From positions 281,903 through 345,902 of the forward strand of contig CAVYJB010000001.1 of assembly GCA_963768835.1 (NCBI GenBank): a stretch of DNA of 64,000 nucleotides, in the 5' to 3' direction. The first letter of the stretch is position 1, and the number at the start of each line of letters is the position of its first letter. The DNA comes from an uncultured bacterium (GTDB lineage: Bacteria > Patescibacteriota > Minisyncoccia > UBA6257 > GWB1-50-10). Positions 60,334 through 64,000 of the stretch are shown here, piece after piece. Made by a program: the position numbers and the translations under genes. A model generated the notes under the pieces. It had not been told where the DNA came from, did not search any database, and saw only the letters and a list, made by a program, of their open reading frames with translations.

Positions 60334-62334
60334 TTATTTCCCGAACTGGAGAAAGGAGGACAGGAACCGCACCGCGAGCGTCGCTTCGAACACCCATACC
60401 TCGACCCACCGGAGGGGATTCAGCACGTGACGATACCACTCGCGCCAGATCCGATCCACATGGGCCCGCGAGGACGCGATGAACGGATTGTGCTTCCGCA
60501 GCCAGACGGAAAGACGCGTCGTATTGAGGGTCCGCAGTTCGGGGACCTTCTCCGCGAGCTCCCGGTAGAACGCCACAAGCTCGCGCGTCCGCACTCCCTG
60601 CCAGTCCACGACGTCCTGCTTCGTCTTCGCGAGAAGCGCTTCGAGTTCCTCCTCGAGGCGGCTCTTCGGTCGGCTCCGAAGCCAGACCTCCTCGAACTGC
60701 CGGAGCAGCCGCATCAGCACGCGGCCACGGCGCAGAAGATCCAGGGCTTCGCGCACGAGAAACACGGGGAGTGATTCCCGCGGCATCCCAGGGCGCCGGT
60801 CGCGACGCGAACGGATGCGCCAGAACCCGCAGTTCATCGGATGCAGCCCTTCGACGAGCGGTGCATAGAGGTACCACGCGAGCGTGGAGAGCTGCCCCCA
60901 GTACCGCGGGGTTTTTCTCCAATGCCGCATCACCTGCACCATGTAGTCCGTCGTATAGAGCTGCGTCCACGCGTCCCGGTAGGATTGCATAAGCTCCTCC
61001 CCCGTCATGCGCTCCGGCTTCACGGTGATGTGGGCCGAGTCGTAGAGGTTGAGGTCTGGCTCCAGCGGCACGCGGTTTCGGTGCCAGGTCTGGTGATCTT
61101 CGGAACCGGGAAGCGCCGTCAGGATGTAGAACGAGACCAGGTCGAAGCCGACCTCCTTCAGGGTTTCGATGTCGTGGCGGATGCTCTCCGGAGTGTCGAA
61201 CGGCAGACCGAGGATGTACCCCGCATGGCAGCTCATCCCGAGCGACTGCAGGTACGAGACGAGATCGTGATAGCCCCGCACCTGGTTCTGGTACTTGCCC
61301 TGCGCGCGGAGATTCTCCTGGCTCACGCTCTCCACTCCCATAAACACCTGGTCGCAGCCGGCCCGCGCGGCGCGCTCGAAGAAATTCCCTTTCATCTTCC
61401 GCGCGGCCAGATCGGCCTGCATCATGAAGGTGAACGGTATATGCTCCTGCTCGCGCAGATGCGTGAGGCCGTCGAAAAGCTCCGGCCAGCGCGGGTTCCG
61501 GGCGAGGTTGTCATCCGTGAAGAAACAGTGGGTGACCCCCGCATCGTGGTAGCCGCGACGGACGAAATCGATCACGTGCTCCGGGTCGCGGAAGCGCATG
61601 GTATTGCCCTGGACGTTGATGATCGTGCAGAACTTACACGTGAAGGGGCATCCCCGACCGGTGTCGAGCGTGCTGAAGGGCGACGCGAAGCTCCGGAAAT
61701 CCTTCGGCGTGAGCCGCGGGGTCGGGGCGCGTTCGAGGCTCGGCGTCCGCTCGAGGAAATTATAGAGCGGGTGCGCCTCGCCGGTGACCACGTCCTCGAT
61801 GATGCGGGGCAGGCGTCCTTCCTCGACCTCGCCCGCGACGAGAATGATTCCGTCGCAGAGCGCGTCGCGGAGCTCCCGCGTGAGCGTGATCATGGCGAGC
61901 GTGCCGCTCACGTGGAACCCTCCGATCAGGACGGGTATCCCGTGCGGCAAGAAACGCGCGGCAAGATCGCGGGAGCGCGGAAACTGGTTCGACTGGACCC
62001 CGACGAAGGCGACAATCACGCGTACGCCGGGAACCTTGGACCGACGGATGATCTCGCGGACCGGAACGGTGGCGACCGCTTCGTCGATAGGATGCGTATG
62101 GAGACGCACGCCCGCGAAGAACGGGTCGCTCCGCAGGTCGTCCGTCAGGGTGCGCATCTGCGTCAGGGTGTTCGAGCGGATGACGCCGATCCTCGTTCGG
62201 ATCGGATAGCCGTGGTCGTCATAGTTCGTCGCCCGGATGAGATACACATCGATCTCGCGCGCATACGCGAGGGCCTTTCGGCCCGGATCGGTCCCTACGG
62301 TCGGGACCGCACCGCTTTCCACAGTGAGCTGCAT
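60334..62334 (-). CDS. B12-binding-domain radical SAM protein (666 aa)
   Basis: N-terminal cobalamin-binding-like Rossmann segment, then GRGCPFTCKFC (CxxxCxxC radical SAM cluster motif), and a long C-terminal extension. Confidence 0.85.
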   Translation of the reverse strand: MQLTVESGAVPTVGTDPGRKALAYAREIDVYLIRATNYDDHGYPIRTRIGVIRSNTLTQMRTLTDDLRSDPFFAGVRLHTHPIDEAVATVPVREIIRRSKVPGVRVIVAFVGVQSNQFPRSRDLAARFLPHGIPVLIGGFHVSGTLAMITLTRELRDALCDGIILVAGEVEEGRLPRIIEDVVTGEAHPLYNFLERTPSLERAPTPRLTPKDFRSFASPFSTLDTGRGCPFTCKFCTIINVQGNTMRFRDPEHVIDFVRRGYHDAGVTHCFFTDDNLARNPRWPELFDGLTHLREQEHIPFTFMMQADLAARKMKGNFFERAARAGCDQVFMGVESVSQENLRAQGKYQNQVRGYHDLVSYLQSLGMSCHAGYILGLPFDTPESIRHDIETLKEVGFDLVSFYILTALPGSEDHQTWHRNRVPLEPDLNLYDSAHITVKPERMTGEELMQSYRDAWTQLYTTDYMVQVMRHWRKTPRYWGQLSTLAWYLYAPLVEGLHPMNCGFWRIRSRRDRRPGMPRESLPVFLVREALDLLRRGRVLMRLLRQFEEVWLRSRPKSRLEEELEALLAKTKQDVVDWQGVRTRELVAFYRELAEKVPELRTLNTTRLSVWLRKHNPFIASSRAHVDRIWREWYRHVLNPLRWVEVWVFEATLAVRFLSSFLQFGK

Positions 62335-62663
62335 GGAGAACTCCTCTTAGATATGAATGTGAATGTTGATTTTTGAAATACTGGTTCCAAGCGTAGCAAG
62401 GAAATCGTCCGGCGGCAAGCCAGTGCTAGCGTTTCAGGCCTTCTCCGTCTATACTTTCCCCGAGGCCACCGCCTACGAGCCCGGGACGCGGGCTCCCTAG
62501 CTTGTTACATGGATTCGAATCCGGCGTAGGTATCCCTCGCGGTCCCCAGAATCACTCTTTCCCCACACTATTTACTGGTAACGTTTTTGGCTCTCGCACG
62601 GCTACGAATTACCGGATAGTCCGAGTGTTTTGATGTTGATGAAAAGATTTTCGCTATAACCGC

Positions 62664-64000
62664 ATGAAACAACTTCTGAAATATTCCCGGCCCTACCTCT
62701 GGCAATTCCTTCTGTTGCTGGTCATGGTCTACCTCATGGTGGCGGCCACGCTGGCGTTGCCGGACTACATGGCCACGATCATCAACAAGGGCATCATCGT
62801 CCAGGACATGGGCGTCGTCTGGCACAACGGGTGGGTCATGCTGCTCTTCGCGCTTGGCGCCGCGGGAGCCAGCGTCGTGGTCGGCTGGCTGGCCTCGCGC
62901 ATCGCGGCCGGATTTTCCCGCGACATCCGCGCCGCCACCTTCGCCAAGGTGGAGAGCTTCTCGCTCCATGAGTTCAATACGTTCTCGACCGCCTCTCTCA
63001 TCACCCGCACGACCAACGACGTCCAGCAGATACAGACGGTCCTGACCATGCTCCTGCGGATGGCCTTGATGGCGCCGTTTATGGGCGTGTGGGCCATCAT
63101 CAAGGCCTACCAGAACGCCCCGTCGATGACCTGGATCATGGGCTGGGCGGTCGGGGTGCTCATCGCGATTATTGCGGTCCTGTTCACCATCGCGATTCCC
63201 CGTTTCAAAATCCTCCAGAAGCTCGTCGACCGCCTGAACCTCGTCAGTCGGGAAATCCTCACTGGTCTGCGGGTCATTCGCGCCTTCAACCGCGAACCGG
63301 CCGAGGAACGGAAATTCGACCGCGCCAACGTAGAGCTGACGAACGTCAACCTGTTCGTCAACCGGCTGCTGGTCGTCATGCAGCCGGTCATGACCCTCAT
63401 CATGAACGTCGCGAGCCTGGGCATCATCTGGTACGGCGCGCATCTCATCGACCTCGGCAACCTGCAGATCGGCCAGATGCTCGCCTTCATGCAGTACGCC
63501 ATGCAGGCGGTGTTCGCATTCCTTCTGATCACCATCGTTTTCATCATGGTCCCGCGTGCGTCCGTTTCGGCGAACCGCATCGGCGAGGTGTTGGCGACCG
63601 AAGCCACGATCGAGGACCCGGAAAAGCCGGTCGACGTCTCCGCCCTCCGCGGCGGCAAGGTGGAGTTCCAGGACGTGACCTTCTCCTATTCCGGCGCCGA
63701 CACGCCGGTGCTCTATGACATCACCTTCTCGGCGCTCCCGGGGCAGACCACCGCGTTCGTCGGCAGCACGGGCAGCGGGAAATCCACCCTGATCAACCTG
63801 ATCCCGCGGTTTTACGAAGTCACGAACGGCGCGATCAGGATCGACGGCGTCGATATCCGCCAGATGCGCCTCGAAGACCTGTACGCCAAGATCGGGTACG
63901 TGCCGCAGAAGGGCGTTCTGTTCTCCGGAACGGTGGAAAGCAACCTGAAGTACGGCGCGCCGAACGCCTCGGCCGCGGAGGTGCGGGACGCGGTGGCAAT
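62664..64000 (+). CDS. ABC exporter with fused TMD and NBD (MsbA/MdlB-like), 3' partial
   Basis: Not in the ORF track because it runs off the window. ATG at 62664. Six-TM type I exporter domain (…TRTTNDVQQIQTV…), then NBD with GSTGSGKST Walker A and Q-loop. Frame is open to 64000. Confidence 0.85.
   Translation, partial: MKQLLKYSRPYLWQFLLLLVMVYLMVAATLALPDYMATIINKGIIVQDMGVVWHNGWVMLLFALGAAGASVVVGWLASRIAAGFSRDIRAATFAKVESFSLHEFNTFSTASLITRTTNDVQQIQTVLTMLLRMALMAPFMGVWAIIKAYQNAPSMTWIMGWAVGVLIAIIAVLFTIAIPRFKILQKLVDRLNLVSREILTGLRVIRAFNREPAEERKFDRANVELTNVNLFVNRLLVVMQPVMTLIMNVASLGIIWYGAHLIDLGNLQIGQMLAFMQYAMQAVFAFLLITIVFIMVPRASVSANRIGEVLATEATIEDPEKPVDVSALRGGKVEFQDVTFSYSGADTPVLYDITFSALPGQTTAFVGSTGSGKSTLINLIPRFYEVTNGAIRIDGVDIRQMRLEDLYAKIGYVPQKGVLFSGTVESNLKYGAPNASAAEVRDAVA

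Noticed and set aside
62480-62520. GGATTCGAATCC (T-loop-like palindrome) in the long intergenic region upstream of the radical SAM gene
   Set aside because: No acceptor, D-arm or anticodon arm can be built around it on either strand, so no tRNA or tmRNA call is made. The region may still hold a structured RNA.
62655-62660. TATAAC 3 nt upstream of the ABC exporter ATG as a leaderless promoter
   Set aside because: The spacing is too short for a transcription start upstream of the ATG. It was left out of the leaderless list.
1-64000. CRISPR arrays, integrases/transposases, reverse transcriptase/DGR, toxin-antitoxin pairs
   Set aside because: I looked for regularly spaced short repeats and for recombinase, RT and small paired ORF signatures near the repeats and tRNAs, and found none. 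All repeats seen are either coding (Ig, SH3b) or the intergenic 75-bp family.

Overview
GC-rich bacterial window (GC-rich by eye, well above 50%) with two kinds of content. The core housekeeping genes are recG (5' partial), pheST, mltG, gatCA, ligA, clpP, tyrS, infB-rbfA and nine tRNAs. The infB and pheT genes are unusually short, and many genes carry a -10-like hexamer only 5-9 nt upstream of the start codon, suggesting leaderless transcripts. The accessory content is the other half. A complete type IV pilus locus (pilM-N-O, pilB, pilT, pilC, four tandem major-pilin paralogues, pilD, three or four minor pilins) lies on the minus strand, co-directional with ligA-gatCA. Three very large secreted proteins are present: a beta-helix/Ig/SH3b/CBM protein containing a perfect 261-bp tandem duplication; a protein with an FN3 region plus roughly a dozen Ig-like repeats, split by a frameshift; and a glycine-rich tail-fibre-like protein. 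Positions 5.3-16.3 kb form a tRNA-associated accessory region. It holds a phage Mu Gam-like gene with two peptidase genes, a duplicated tRNA-Asp 3' flank bracketing a single cargo gene, and a ~75-bp direct-repeat family in 3.5 copies. It also holds a low-GC cassette (SAM methyltransferase, frameshifted citrate-synthase-like gene, CMP-sugar cytidylyltransferase) and a metal/sulfur module (cysteine synthase-rhodanese fusion, CooC-like ATPase, Fur-family regulator, YibE/F, and an unannotated 46-aa protein with 13 cysteines). The 3' third of the window has an AT-rich spacer after tRNA-Ser, a conserved hypothetical with a YRFCNxLRELDR motif, ABC-2 and HlyD efflux genes, a B12-binding radical SAM enzyme and a partial MsbA-like ABC exporter. 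No CRISPR array, integrase, transposase or reverse transcriptase was recognised. All calls come from reading the sequence and ORF translations; no searches were run.
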